Shown: in pieces, positions 45,022-56,345 of the stretch
How positions within the stretch are numbered: the first letter of the stretch is position 1
Layout: each line of letters begins with the position of its first letter
From: a virus
Strand: one strand, 5' to 3'
Length of the DNA stretch: 64,000 bases
Virus record (IMG/VR): IMGVR_UViG_3300031417_000358
Notes under the pieces: generated by a model
The model's database searches: none
What the model saw: the letters and a program-made list of their open reading frames with translations, nothing else
What the model was told of the DNA's origin: nothing
Program-made: the position numbers and the translations under genes

Positions 45022-45774
45022 TTACTTGCCGGTCAGGCGGCGCAGGCGGTCGGCGGCCGATTCGGCAGCCGGGGTGTTGGTGCCGGCGGCGATGCGGCGC
45101 GCTTCTTCGACGGCGTTCATGCGGTCGAGGGGACGCTGACCGATGTCGGCTTCGATGCGGCTGGCCTCGGCCTGGACGCGCAGCTGTTCGGTCTTCGCGG
45201 CCAGGGCGCCCATTCCGGTCGCGTGCGCGCCCTGGCCGGACGTCGCTGCGCGCAGTTCGTCTTGGGCCTTCAGGCGCTGCTGCTCACGCGAGAGGTCAGC
45301 CTGGGCCTGCGCGAGGGCGCGCTTGGCTTTCTGGGCATTCGCATCGAAGTCGGCCAGCTTCTTCTCGCCCTGGTCGACCAGGCCCTGGTAGGTGTCGAGC
45401 AGCTGCTTGGCGTCGACGACGTCCTGTTGTTCGCCCGGCAGGCGCGCCTTCATCGCTTCCAGGTTGTTGGCGAATTCGGTCAGGGTGGCCTCGTCGATTT
45501 GGCCGGCGTCGAACTTGCTGAGCAGCACGGCAGCGGCGGCTTCGTCCTTCGCAATCTGCGCGGCCAGGTCGTCGGCTTCCTTCTTCTCGACGTTGTACTT
45601 TGCCTGGTGTTCCGCCAGCTTGGCGATGAACCCGCGCAGTTCGGCCTTCAGGTTGTCGCGGTCGACTTCGGTCGCGGTTTCCGGGTCGAATGCCGCCAGG
45701 CGCTGAGCCAGGCTGTTGCCGATGTTACCGAATTGTTTGCCGAGCAGCGCAGCGGAGAGCTTCCAACCGGACAT
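45022..45774 (-). CDS. PspA/IM30 (YjfJ)-like coiled-coil protein
   Basis: Long Ala/Glu/Lys-rich coiled coil, C-terminal AADRLRRL; same strand as a DUF2491-like gene. Confidence 0.65.
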   Translation of the reverse strand: MSGWKLSAALLGKQFGNIGNSLAQRLAAFDPETATEVDRDNLKAELRGFIAKLAEHQAKYNVEKKEADDLAAQIAKDEAAAAVLLSKFDAGQIDEATLTEFANNLEAMKARLPGEQQDVVDAKQLLDTYQGLVDQGEKKLADFDANAQKAKRALAQAQADLSREQQRLKAQDELRAATSGQGAHATGMGALAAKTEQLRVQAEASRIEADIGQRPLDRMNAVEEARRIAAGTNTPAAESAADRLRRLTGK

Positions 45775-45840
45775 GTGTGAATCCTTTTCGTGATGTACGT
45801 GTTAACGATAGTCCGGCCGTCTAGTACCGAACATGCACAT

Positions 45841-45857
45841 AGTATATCACAAAACAC
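45841..45857 (-). promoter_or_regulatory. GTGTTTTGTGATATACT extended -10 box (copy 1)
   Basis: Identical to 49134-49150. Confidence 0.7.
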
Positions 45858-45991
45858 GTTAAATTGCGAAGCTGAATTCGTACATATTTAACTGCGATTT
45901 TTGCAACGATTCGTGTGCCGTTGAACGTGCTCCGGCCACGCGCGATTCGTCGTACACTTTCCGCACAACGATGTTTTGAGAGAGGATTGTC

Positions 45992-46252
45992 TTGAACGAT
46001 ACCAACCAGACTGCCGCTACGGGTCCCAAGGAGCACGTGCTGCGCGCGCTCCAGTCGGCAACCGGCCCCCTGGACTCATACGAACTGGCCAAACTGTCCG
46101 GTGCAACACCTACTCAGGTAGGGCGCACTCTTGCAAAGCTGGCAGCTAAAGGTATTGCGGTCACGGATGACCCGCTGGCCACGGAGAACGACTTGTCGGC
46201 GCGTTACAGGCTGGTTGAGGGCAGGGGCGTCGGCACGGCTCCGGCCGGGTGA
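45992..46252 (+). CDS. Small winged-HTH protein
   Basis: VLRAL..PL.SYELAKLSG.T..QVGRTL.KL..KG; AGAGG RBS. Confidence 0.65.
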   Translation: MNDTNQTAATGPKEHVLRALQSATGPLDSYELAKLSGATPTQVGRTLAKLAAKGIAVTDDPLATENDLSARYRLVEGRGVGTAPAG

Positions 46253-46431
46253 AACACCTCGCAACGGCCGCAGTACCGGTGCCGGACATCGTCAGGGTGG
46301 TATGACGTCATGTTACACGTCAGGCAAGTGATGGTGCGACCGTTGTCACCGATGCGGTAATGCACGGGGCCCCGCCGGCCGGCCGCCGCCGCGGCCTGTT
46401 CTCGCTCTTCTTCGCTGGGTATGTATCGCAT
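46204..46431 (-). CDS. Small Zn-finger-like protein
   Basis: CLTC..H..CGRC..H. Confidence 0.6.
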   Translation of the reverse strand: MRYIPSEEEREQAAAAAGRRGPVHYRIGDNGRTITCLTCNMTSYHPDDVRHRYCGRCEVFHPAGAVPTPLPSTSL

Positions 46432-46518
46432 GTTGTCTCCCGTAACCGACGGTAGCGTACCACATGTGGCTTCGACCTATCCGTGGGACTGTGGGAAGGG
46501 AACCCGGGGCGGCGCTCG

Positions 46519-46848
46519 TCAGCGACAGGCACTCGATGTGCCGTGCGCGTCGGGCACTGCGGGCAGGCCAGGGAGGCGGTGGTCCGGCGCTAGGCGATAC
46601 CTGGTGGGCTCGCCGGCCAGCTGGACAGCATACTCGACGGTCCCCTCTGCAGCCGGCACCGCAATGATGTGCGCGAGCGGGCCATCTACCGGTACTGCCG
46701 CGGCCTTCGCTTCGGCGTCGCGCCGGCGTTGGTTGCCGGCTTCGACCATCCGGCGGTCGAAGTTGCGAACCGGGCGCCAGAGCGCAATCGCACCCGCCAG
46801 GCCGATGAGAATTATTGTGAAAGTAACCATGTTGCTACTGGAATGCAT
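46519..46848 (-). CDS. Membrane-anchored hypothetical protein
   Basis: N-terminal TM segment; TGATG coupling. Confidence 0.6.
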   Translation of the reverse strand: MHSSSNMVTFTIILIGLAGAIALWRPVRNFDRRMVEAGNQRRRDAEAKAAAVPVDGPLAHIIAVPAAEGTVEYAVQLAGEPTRYRLAPDHRLPGLPAVPDAHGTSSACR

Positions 46849-47213
46849 CAGGCCTGCGCCGTCGCGGCGTTGCGGAAATCGCGTACATACTTCAGACCAG
46901 GAAATACTCGAAACTCGACCCGGTCGCCAGGCGCGGTCAGCTCCCCGTGCCCACCAGGTGGCAGCATGTTCGAGGTGATGTGATAGACCTCATTGTCGTC
47001 AACAAGCTTAAACGAGTAGTCGACTGAATATTCGTCGGTGGCTGATGGGGCGAATCGTGCGACCGTGCCTGCCACCCTATACGAGCGCGCCTCTGCCTCT
47101 TTCACCTTCTTGGCGCTTTTCCGGTCCTCGAGGGCAACCACCAACAGAATGGCGCCCGGGAAGCCCGGTATCATGGCAAGGATGCTGATGGCCAGCCAGG
47201 TATCAGTGCTCAT
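46848..47213 (-). CDS. Membrane-anchored hypothetical protein
   Basis: N-terminal TM segment; ATGA overlap. Confidence 0.7.
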   Translation of the reverse strand: MSTDTWLAISILAMIPGFPGAILLVVALEDRKSAKKVKEAEARSYRVAGTVARFAPSATDEYSVDYSFKLVDDNEVYHITSNMLPPGGHGELTAPGDRVEFRVFPGLKYVRDFRNAATAQA

Positions 47214-47998
47214 AGCACCTTCAGTTTCAGCGGTTCGAGTGTCAGCCCAACAAGGAAGTCAACGTGCACGCTTGGCGCACGCTCGCCGTCAACCGATTCC
47301 ACCACTTCGAACGAGATGAGCAGGTTCTCTCGGTTGCCGTCCGGCAGCTCGCGGAAGTACGGCATGAAGTGCAGCTTCTGGCGCATGCCCTTCAAGCCCG
47401 TCGGGTCGTCCAGGCGGTTTTCCACCGCGGTGTAGGGGCGCACGTAGTCGGTGGTCACCGGCGTGTCGCGCTGGAAGTCGAGCGATTCCGCGTCACCCAG
47501 CAACGCCACGATTTGCGGCTCCGTCAGCCCGCTCAACGCCAGCTGCTCCGCGCCCAGGTTGTACCAGAGCTCACCCAGGCCGAAGCCGTGACCCTGGTAG
47601 GCCTCCTGTTCCTCGGCCGAGGTTGGCACCAGGCGGAACAGCTGCTGATAATAGACGGCCTCGACCGGTTGACCGTTTTGGGCGAGCACCTGCAGGAAGC
47701 CCTGGCCAGCATCGGTGCGGCGGTCGCCGGTATCGGTGTAGAGGCGGTACATTTCCAGCGAGGGGTCCGCATCGAGGCGGACGCGGCCGACGGCCTGCAC
47801 CTGCATCTGGGCCGACGCCGGCACTTTTAACAGGGTGCCATCGAGGATAGCGAACGACGCGCGCGGGACGGCCATCAGGCTGCCAATCTGGGCGCCGTAC
47901 GGCAGACCGACGTCCTGGCGAGGCAGCTTGTTCTGCGGGGCGGTGGCCTGCGCAATGCGTTTGCCAAGGATGCGTTTTCCGAGTTCGAATACGGACAT
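47210..47998 (-). CDS. DUF2491 (YjfK)-like protein
   Basis: GLP.GA.IG, AVGRV.L..RLYT..FLQV, AML-equivalent HFMPYFR, DFLVGL.L. Confidence 0.65.
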   Translation of the reverse strand: MSVFELGKRILGKRIAQATAPQNKLPRQDVGLPYGAQIGSLMAVPRASFAILDGTLLKVPASAQMQVQAVGRVRLDADPSLEMYRLYTDTGDRRTDAGQGFLQVLAQNGQPVEAVYYQQLFRLVPTSAEEQEAYQGHGFGLGELWYNLGAEQLALSGLTEPQIVALLGDAESLDFQRDTPVTTDYVRPYTAVENRLDDPTGLKGMRQKLHFMPYFRELPDGNRENLLISFEVVESVDGERAPSVHVDFLVGLTLEPLKLKVL

Positions 47999-48007
47999 GT
48001 CTGTTCC

Positions 48008-49102
48008 TTACAGGGTGTAATTTGGCTTCTTCGCGGCCTGTTTGGCCTGCTTTTTCTTGGCAATGTCGTTGCCGAAAACCAGGTACAGCACGACACCGGC
48101 GATAACCAGCAGCGCCAACACCAGCAGGAAGCCCAGGACCGGGCTGGTCGAGCTGCGAGCCGGGGCCGGGGCCGTCGTCGTGGTCACGACAGCCGGCTGG
48201 CTGGTCCGTGCTTGCGGTACGACGGCGGGAGCCTGGTAGGTACTGCCGTACTGCACGTCATTCGCACGGGCGTCGCGCTGCGCTGCACGCACGCCTGCGC
48301 GATACGCCTGGTCCATGTCCCACAGCGCGTCGTCACGGGAATAGTGGCGCGGATGCGATGCTTCCTGCACGATGATGACCTGGGGCTGCGCCGGCGTCGG
48401 GTGGTAACTCGGTGCGCTTGGGACCGTGGCCTGGGCCACGTGAGGGGTCTCGCGGACGGTCGTAGTGTTGCGCGAAACGGTCGAATCGGACACAGGCACC
48501 GCCGGTGCGGCAGCTGCGGCCTGGCTGTGGTCATACGCGGCAACCGCATCATGGTTGGCCTGCGCCGCATAGAGCGCGCCGCCCAGGGCGGTGGCGCCGG
48601 CGACGGCTGCGACTTTCTTTTTCGTGCTTGCGCTTGCGCCGCTGGTGAATCCCGACGTAACGGGCGCGCTCGGCACTGCGGCCACGACCGGCGCGGCCGT
48701 AATGCGGGCAGCGACTGGTGCTGCGCGGCTGGTGTCGACTGGCCGCGGCTGCGGCGTCACACGGTTCGATGGGACGTACGAAGGTGCGGACACCGGGGCC
48801 GGAGCGGCATCAGCCCGGCGGCTGCCCGAGCCGAAGCCCCAGCTGTTGCCGTAATCGCGTTTCGGCGCCGCGGCGCTCGACGTCGACGAGCTCGATTCGC
48901 GCTTCGGCGAGGAAGAGCTTGAGCCCGAGCTGCTGCCCCAGCCGGACGAACCCGACGAGCCGGACTTCGTGCCGGAGCTGGTTTTCGTGCTCGAGCTCGA
49001 GCCTGAGCTCGATTTGCTTCGGCTGAATCCGGAGGCGGCATCGGCGTAAGGCGCCGCCATGAGCGCCGCCGACAGCGCCGCGAGGATAAGCTGTTTCTTC
49101 AT
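48008..49102 (-). CDS. Exported Ser/Ala-rich low-complexity protein with C-terminal TM segment
   Basis: Signal peptide, SGFSRSKSSSG.. tract, C-terminal TM and basic tail. Confidence 0.8.
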   Translation of the reverse strand: MKKQLILAALSAALMAAPYADAASGFSRSKSSSGSSSSTKTSSGTKSGSSGSSGWGSSSGSSSSSPKRESSSSTSSAAAPKRDYGNSWGFGSGSRRADAAPAPVSAPSYVPSNRVTPQPRPVDTSRAAPVAARITAAPVVAAVPSAPVTSGFTSGASASTKKKVAAVAGATALGGALYAAQANHDAVAAYDHSQAAAAAPAVPVSDSTVSRNTTTVRETPHVAQATVPSAPSYHPTPAQPQVIIVQEASHPRHYSRDDALWDMDQAYRAGVRAAQRDARANDVQYGSTYQAPAVVPQARTSQPAVVTTTTAPAPARSSTSPVLGFLLVLALLVIAGVVLYLVFGNDIAKKKQAKQAAKKPNYTL

Positions 49103-49133
49103 CGATACCGCCTTGGATTGGTTGAGTGCATGC

Positions 49134-49150
49134 AGTATATCACAAAACAC
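49134..49150 (-). promoter_or_regulatory. GTGTTTTGTGATATACT extended -10 box (copy 2)
   Basis: Identical to 45841-45857. Confidence 0.7.
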
Positions 49151-49197
49151 CTATTAACGCATCACCCTTTAGTTAACCGTAGATTTAATGGTATGGC

Positions 49198-49689
49198 TTA
49201 ATAGGGGTGCTTAGGCTGGTTCTCGGCCAGGCGTTCTGCCTCGCACTGGGCGAATTCGACCATGTCCGAGACGAAGTTCATCGGGTGGTCCTTGAGCCAG
49301 AGTTTGATGGCGGCGCGGTCGTCTTCGGTCTGCGCGGTCGCGTAGGCCTGCACGAGACGAGCGTACTCCTGCTGCAGCCAGAGCGGATGGTCTGCCAGGT
49401 TGAAGGGGCGGCGTTCGTAGAGCGGCAAGTCGCCGGGCTTGCGACGCGCACTGCGCAATGCCGCGGCCAGCCGCTCGCACCAGGTCGCCAGCTTCTCGCG
49501 CGCGTTGTCGATGCTGTCGGTTTCGAGGTCGGTCACGTGCATGACACCGTTGACCTTGCCCGTCTCGACGTCGATGCGCAGCTCCAGGGTCTGCTCGAGC
49601 GTCGTGCGCAGCCGACCGACGTTGTGCCGCACGGTATAGGCCAATACCGCCTTGCCATCCTGGAGACTAAATCCGGTCAGCTCAAGCAT
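49198..49689 (-). CDS. Hypothetical protein
   Basis: AGGAG RBS; protein-like ORF. Confidence 0.75.
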   Translation of the reverse strand: MLELTGFSLQDGKAVLAYTVRHNVGRLRTTLEQTLELRIDVETGKVNGVMHVTDLETDSIDNAREKLATWCERLAAALRSARRKPGDLPLYERRPFNLADHPLWLQQEYARLVQAYATAQTEDDRAAIKLWLKDHPMNFVSDMVEFAQCEAERLAENQPKHPY

Positions 49690-49701
49690 GATGCGCTCCT
49701 G

Positions 49702-49932
49702 TTATCTGCGCTTGGGGACGAGCGGCCAGGCTAACGACATCACCGCGCCTTTGATTGCCTTCGAATACGTCGGGGCGCCAATGGTCTGCCCGAACACACG
49801 CACCTGTCCAACAGCGGTCCACACCGAGAGCGTGGCTACGACCAGAATGCTGTCATAAACAAAGGTTTCGATGAGCGTGCTGATGACACTTACAATCACT
49901 GCGGTGACGATGGTTACACGGAACAGGTCCAT
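49702..49932 (-). CDS. Small membrane protein
   Basis: Hydrophobic, 76 aa. Confidence 0.6.
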   Translation of the reverse strand: MDLFRVTIVTAVIVSVISTLIETFVYDSILVVATLSVWTAVGQVRVFGQTIGAPTYSKAIKGAVMSLAWPLVPKRR

Positions 49933-49956
49933 AATATTCTTGAATTACAGTCAATA

Positions 49957-50682
49957 TTAAGTTGGAGCCTTCGCCAATGCGGGCTCCAGACTCGCGCCAA
50001 GGATGGCGCTCCAGTCCTCGTCGGTCAGATAGCCCAGCGCCAGCCGGGCGAACATCGCTTTTTCCCGCAGCTGCCCATACTCCAGGACACTAAGGCCCTG
50101 AAGGTGCTGCGTCGGCCATCCGCTGACATCCAGCGCCAGCCGCTGCAAGCCGGTCACGGACATGGTCAGGCTGCGCGCCTCGCGCAACACCGACAGCCAA
50201 GCGTCGTGCACGGTCTTGATGACAGTGCGCAGCTCGAGCTCGGGGCCCAGCGCGGCGAGCTTGCTGACTGCTCGCGCGTTCATCGTGGAGTAGAGCACGG
50301 GCGGCAGGGTAGGGATGAGCTCGGCCCAGAAGCGCGCGCCCTTGGAGGTGCGCAACTCAGAGGTGCTGGCGTAAATCCGGTCGCCGAACGCCAGCATCCA
50401 GTCGTGTTTAAGCCGGTGGCGCGTCACGCCGTAAAGCGTTCGCAGCGCGGCGGCCGCGTCCGAGTCCGGGAACCGGCGCAGGACCTGCTCCTCAATCCAT
50501 CGCTCCGGCGAGCCGGTGCTGCCGAGAAGCTTGAACGCCGCCTCTTCGCCCGTCACGTTGTGGCGCATCATGACATACAGGACGGCTTCATTCACGATTA
50601 CGCCTGCGGCCAGCTCGCGCGGCTCCACGCCAGGCGACAGCGAAAGATGAAAATCTCTGTAAACACTTGGATGCATCGGCAT
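49957..50682 (-). CDS. Hypothetical protein
   Basis: 241 aa; AAAGAA RBS; extended -10 at about 50706-50715. Confidence 0.7.
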   Translation of the reverse strand: MPMHPSVYRDFHLSLSPGVEPRELAAGVIVNEAVLYVMMRHNVTGEEAAFKLLGSTGSPERWIEEQVLRRFPDSDAAAALRTLYGVTRHRLKHDWMLAFGDRIYASTSELRTSKGARFWAELIPTLPPVLYSTMNARAVSKLAALGPELELRTVIKTVHDAWLSVLREARSLTMSVTGLQRLALDVSGWPTQHLQGLSVLEYGQLREKAMFARLALGYLTDEDWSAILGASLEPALAKAPT

Positions 50683-50800
50683 ATTTCTTTTGACGAGTGA
50701 GCATTAGTATATCACGAAATGAAGATTGCGCTACGCAGAATTTGCTTGACCTTCTTGTAGACATGTAGACAATAACCATACCTAAACTGGGGAGATTTTT

Positions 50801-51748
50801 ATGGCCCGCGCAGAAGTAGCACAGCCAGCACGCAACAACGATTTCTGGCCTGCCCAGAGCCTGTCGGCCTGGCGCAGTGACCCGGAGCGCAGCTTCCTCG
50901 CCTGGCTGGCGGAACAGCGCGTGGGCGACGTGCGTCAGTTCCGGGACTCCTCGCGCGAGACGTACGCGGCGATGTTCTCCTGGTGGCTGGCGGCCCTGGC
51001 CGCCAAGGGGCTTGACCTGCTCGAGGCGACGCCACAGGACGCAACCCAGTTCTTCTCGGCCAGCGAGTTCGAGCCGGTCTCCCGGCGCCGATACCTGCAG
51101 CTGCTCGACCGGGTGTACCGGCACCTGCTCAGCATTGGCTGGGTAGGAAAAAGTCCGCTTGCACTCGAGTTGCGCAAGGAGCGCGAACTGGAGATTGCAC
51201 TCCCGCCGGGCCTGGACGACACCGAACTGGCACAGGTCGTTGACGTGTTGAAATCGATTCCGGGCTGGAAGGGCGGCCGCGACCGTTGTGCAGCCGCACT
51301 GCTGCTGGGTGCCGGCCTGCGGGTCAATGAGTTCATCCACCTGAGGGTAGGTGAGGTTTCGGAACGTTACAACATTGACATCAAGCCTCACAGCGTACAC
51401 CGCGAGCATACGACCCTGATTCTGCCGGACGGACCGTGGAGAGAGTGGTGTCAGGCCTGGATTACGCAACGTCAGGAGCTGGCAATTCCCGGTGAGGTTT
51501 TGTGCCCGGGAACGCTCAAGGGTGTCCCGTATTCGCCGTCCGGACTATTTCGCCGGGTGAGCGCGTGGCTGACCCCGCTGAAAAATACATTGCCACAAAC
51601 AGGTCCGAACCTTTTACGCAACACCTTCGCACGGCAGGCATTAACCTGCGGACGCTATGCGCCGCAGGAGGTTCAAGAGTTTCTAGGGCATGAGGAGCTT
51701 AGAGCGACCTCGCGACATGTCGCCGCTATCGAAGCGATTAAGTTCTAA
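50801..51748 (+). CDS. Tyrosine recombinase-family protein lacking the catalytic Tyr
   Basis: GAGLRVNE; PNLLRNTF (HxxR His to Asn); LGHEELRATSRH (Tyr position is His). Confidence 0.85.
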   Translation: MARAEVAQPARNNDFWPAQSLSAWRSDPERSFLAWLAEQRVGDVRQFRDSSRETYAAMFSWWLAALAAKGLDLLEATPQDATQFFSASEFEPVSRRRYLQLLDRVYRHLLSIGWVGKSPLALELRKERELEIALPPGLDDTELAQVVDVLKSIPGWKGGRDRCAAALLLGAGLRVNEFIHLRVGEVSERYNIDIKPHSVHREHTTLILPDGPWREWCQAWITQRQELAIPGEVLCPGTLKGVPYSPSGLFRRVSAWLTPLKNTLPQTGPNLLRNTFARQALTCGRYAPQEVQEFLGHEELRATSRHVAAIEAIKF

Positions 51749-51801
51749 GTGGTGACTCGTGGCTTAATATATGATACTTTCCCAACGTCAATTTTATTAC
51801 G

Positions 51802-53535
51802 TTGTTCCTTGGGATGTCAAAGCACCTACCGCGCCTTCGACTGGTCATATATCTGGTCATAATAATTACTATTACGGTCTTACTTGCACTCATTTATTCT
51901 GAGGTATTGCCAGTAATATACGACGCCATGCCGACAATGCGACATTTGCATGACGGAAGACCGTATGTAATTGATACTGTTTTAACGATGGGAGTGCTGC
52001 CTTTAGCTCTTCTCGGGTTTTCAAGAAGCACAATATTGCAAAGAAAACTACTTCGGGCCTTGGGCGCATTTAGTACCCTTAATGAAGTTATAACAGCGGC
52101 CGAATATAATCCGGACGGGGGTGCGGTGTACTTTGATAGCGATGGCCGGATTTTGTCTGCCAGTCGACTTTTAGTCAGACTAGCGGGGGCCGAATCACCT
52201 GGAGCTATTCTAGGTAAACGATGTGGCGAGGTATATCCGGACAAGCTTTCAAGGTTGTTAACAGACCTGACTGCAAAAGCAAAGAATACCCGGCAAGTCG
52301 CAGTGGGCGACATTTCTGACTGGACCCTTTACTGCTCGTTAACGCTCGGTCCGGTAATGCTGGTGGTAATTCCCGCGTTTATCGGTTCCGAATATGTAGG
52401 CGCGTCTGTATCGCTCAGGAGCACCGCTGAGCTAAGAATCGCTGAGGACTCGGCCATCCTCCACCAGATGAACTATCAGGTGCTTTTTGACAGTTTGCCA
52501 ATCGGCGCTGCGGTGTTCCGTCCTGCTGTTGCAGCCGATGGCGGCCCGGATGGCTATATCGTTGAGGCAAACGCGGCTTTGAAGAAAACGACTGAGGGCA
52601 TTCCCCTGCCGTACACCGAGCCTTGCTCCGTGGTCTGGCCGAGTTTTGCTCGCCAGGAGAAGCTGCGCGATGGCATTTCGCAGGTTGCTTCGGGCGCCTT
52701 GAACGCCAAGTGCGAGTTTTTCTCGCCGGCGCTGGGCAAGCACCTTGACGTTTCTCTGGCGCCATTACCCGGCGGCCGAGTTCTGGCCATGGTGGCTGAC
52801 CAGACGGACGCGCGCATCCACGAGAAGCAAGTCCTGGAACTCAATGACCAACTGCATCGCACGATAGCCCACCAGTCCGATTTTATTGCGAAGTTAATCG
52901 ACGACGTTCAGCATTTTAACCAGGCAACTGCCGACATCGTTGAGTGTCATCTTGAGCAGATTAGTCAGCTTTTGCCGCAATTGCCGGATGCGGCGGCGCC
53001 ATTGATTGCCGATGCCTTGGCCGCTCTTTACCGTACGCTGCATCAGATGCTGCGCTACCACAATGTGGCAAATCTGCCGTTCAAAGAACTTTCGCTGGTG
53101 TACCCCGCCGAAATCGTCACGCGACTTGTCGAATCGCTCAGTAACCGGTACCCAGACATCACATTCCATGTTGGCAGTCTTCCTGCGGTCGTGGCGAGCC
53201 AGGAAGTGCTGGCCAGCATACTGGAGCAGCTCGTGGCCATGCTGGCCCGCCTGCCTGTAACCGCGGCGCCAGCACGAGTCGAGGTTGGTAGCCAAGCAAA
53301 CTTTCTCGACACGACGCTGTACGTGGCCGGCTGGGGCTTCGATACCGAACAGCTGTTCATCGAAATCCCGGAGGAGAAGCAATCTCTCGACTGGACGCAT
53401 ACCAGCGACCTGGACATGGCTCCGGTACGCCGGATGGTAACTAAGCATGGCGGTGACCTCTGCATCGCGCAGACGGAGGACCGATTGGGCGTCCAGCTCT
53501 CGTTCACGATAGGCGCGCCGACATCCCCGACATAA
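51802..53535 (+). CDS. Membrane PAS-domain sensor with degenerate histidine kinase C-terminus
   Basis: Two TM segments, two PAS-like regions; N/G1/G2 boxes eroded; alternative start ATG 51814. Confidence 0.7.
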   Translation: MFLGMSKHLPRLRLVIYLVIIITITVLLALIYSEVLPVIYDAMPTMRHLHDGRPYVIDTVLTMGVLPLALLGFSRSTILQRKLLRALGAFSTLNEVITAAEYNPDGGAVYFDSDGRILSASRLLVRLAGAESPGAILGKRCGEVYPDKLSRLLTDLTAKAKNTRQVAVGDISDWTLYCSLTLGPVMLVVIPAFIGSEYVGASVSLRSTAELRIAEDSAILHQMNYQVLFDSLPIGAAVFRPAVAADGGPDGYIVEANAALKKTTEGIPLPYTEPCSVVWPSFARQEKLRDGISQVASGALNAKCEFFSPALGKHLDVSLAPLPGGRVLAMVADQTDARIHEKQVLELNDQLHRTIAHQSDFIAKLIDDVQHFNQATADIVECHLEQISQLLPQLPDAAAPLIADALAALYRTLHQMLRYHNVANLPFKELSLVYPAEIVTRLVESLSNRYPDITFHVGSLPAVVASQEVLASILEQLVAMLARLPVTAAPARVEVGSQANFLDTTLYVAGWGFDTEQLFIEIPEEKQSLDWTHTSDLDMAPVRRMVTKHGGDLCIAQTEDRLGVQLSFTIGAPTSPT

Positions 53536-53600
53536 TGCAAAAAGCCCCGCCAAGCGCCCAGCTATGCTGGGCGTTTTGCTTTATATGGGTTATACTGTAA

Positions 53601-55664
<2,064 letters not shown>

Positions 55665-55721
55665 GCCCGATGAAAAGAAGCCTCCCAGGAGGAGGCTTCC
55701 AGAGTACGAGGTCGGCTGGCG

Positions 55722-55835
55722 TCAGCTGACTTTCTGCATGACACCGCGGCTGCATGCGTGACAACCGTCGCCGGCAGGCTGGTTGGTGGTTTCGGTGCCA
55801 CAGTAGGTGCAGCGAACAAGGGGTCGGTACGTCAT
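55722..55835 (-). CDS. 37-aa Zn-ribbon microprotein (below the ORF-track cutoff)
   Basis: GGAGG RBS; MTYRPLVRCTYCGTETTNQPAGDGCHACSRGVMQKVS; terminator at 55678-55698. Confidence 0.7.
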   Translation of the reverse strand: MTYRPLVRCTYCGTETTNQPAGDGCHACSRGVMQKVS

Positions 55836-55865
55836 GTGTTGTCCTCCAGTTAATTGTTTGCTTTG

Positions 55866-56156
55866 TCAGGCCAAGGCCGGTTCGCCTGCCGTGCGCAGGG
55901 ATGCCGATGCCTCAGTCTGGTCCTGCACTATCCGCAGCGCGTCAACGGCAGCCTGGTTGTGCACGTTTTCTTCCACATCGTAGTGCTCTGCGATGATGTC
56001 CGCAAATTCAGCGAAAGTGTACGCGCGCGGCGGCTGGCTGCGCAACAGGTAGCCGTACGAACCAATGGCCCAGTCGACGAGCATCGCCTGACCCTGGGTT
56101 GCAGCGAACGGTTTAATCTGGATTGCGCGGACGGCGGTAACGGTGATGAGTTGCAT
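55866..56156 (-). CDS. Hypothetical protein
   Basis: GAGG RBS before MQLITV; CTATAC at 56190-56195. Confidence 0.7.
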   Translation of the reverse strand: MQLITVTAVRAIQIKPFAATQGQAMLVDWAIGSYGYLLRSQPPRAYTFAEFADIIAEHYDVEENVHNQAAVDALRIVQDQTEASASLRTAGEPALA

Positions 56157-56345
56157 GGTTTTCCTCGAAAAGTAGTTGAACTGCATTCCGTATAGGTCGG
56201 CCGCGCGCCGTCCTGGCGTTGACCACCTGCAACCCGTAGCGAAGCCCTCTACCCGGAGGGCTTTTTTATTGCGCGCATCAGCCGGCGGCCCGGCTGTTTC
56301 TTCCTATACCGGTTGAGTTCAATCATTTTTAGAGAGGAAACAGCT

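Noticed and set aside
50801-51748. Integrase marking a prophage or island boundary
   Set aside because: The catalytic Tyr is missing, no att or tRNA site is nearby, and the CTATAC motif continues on both sides
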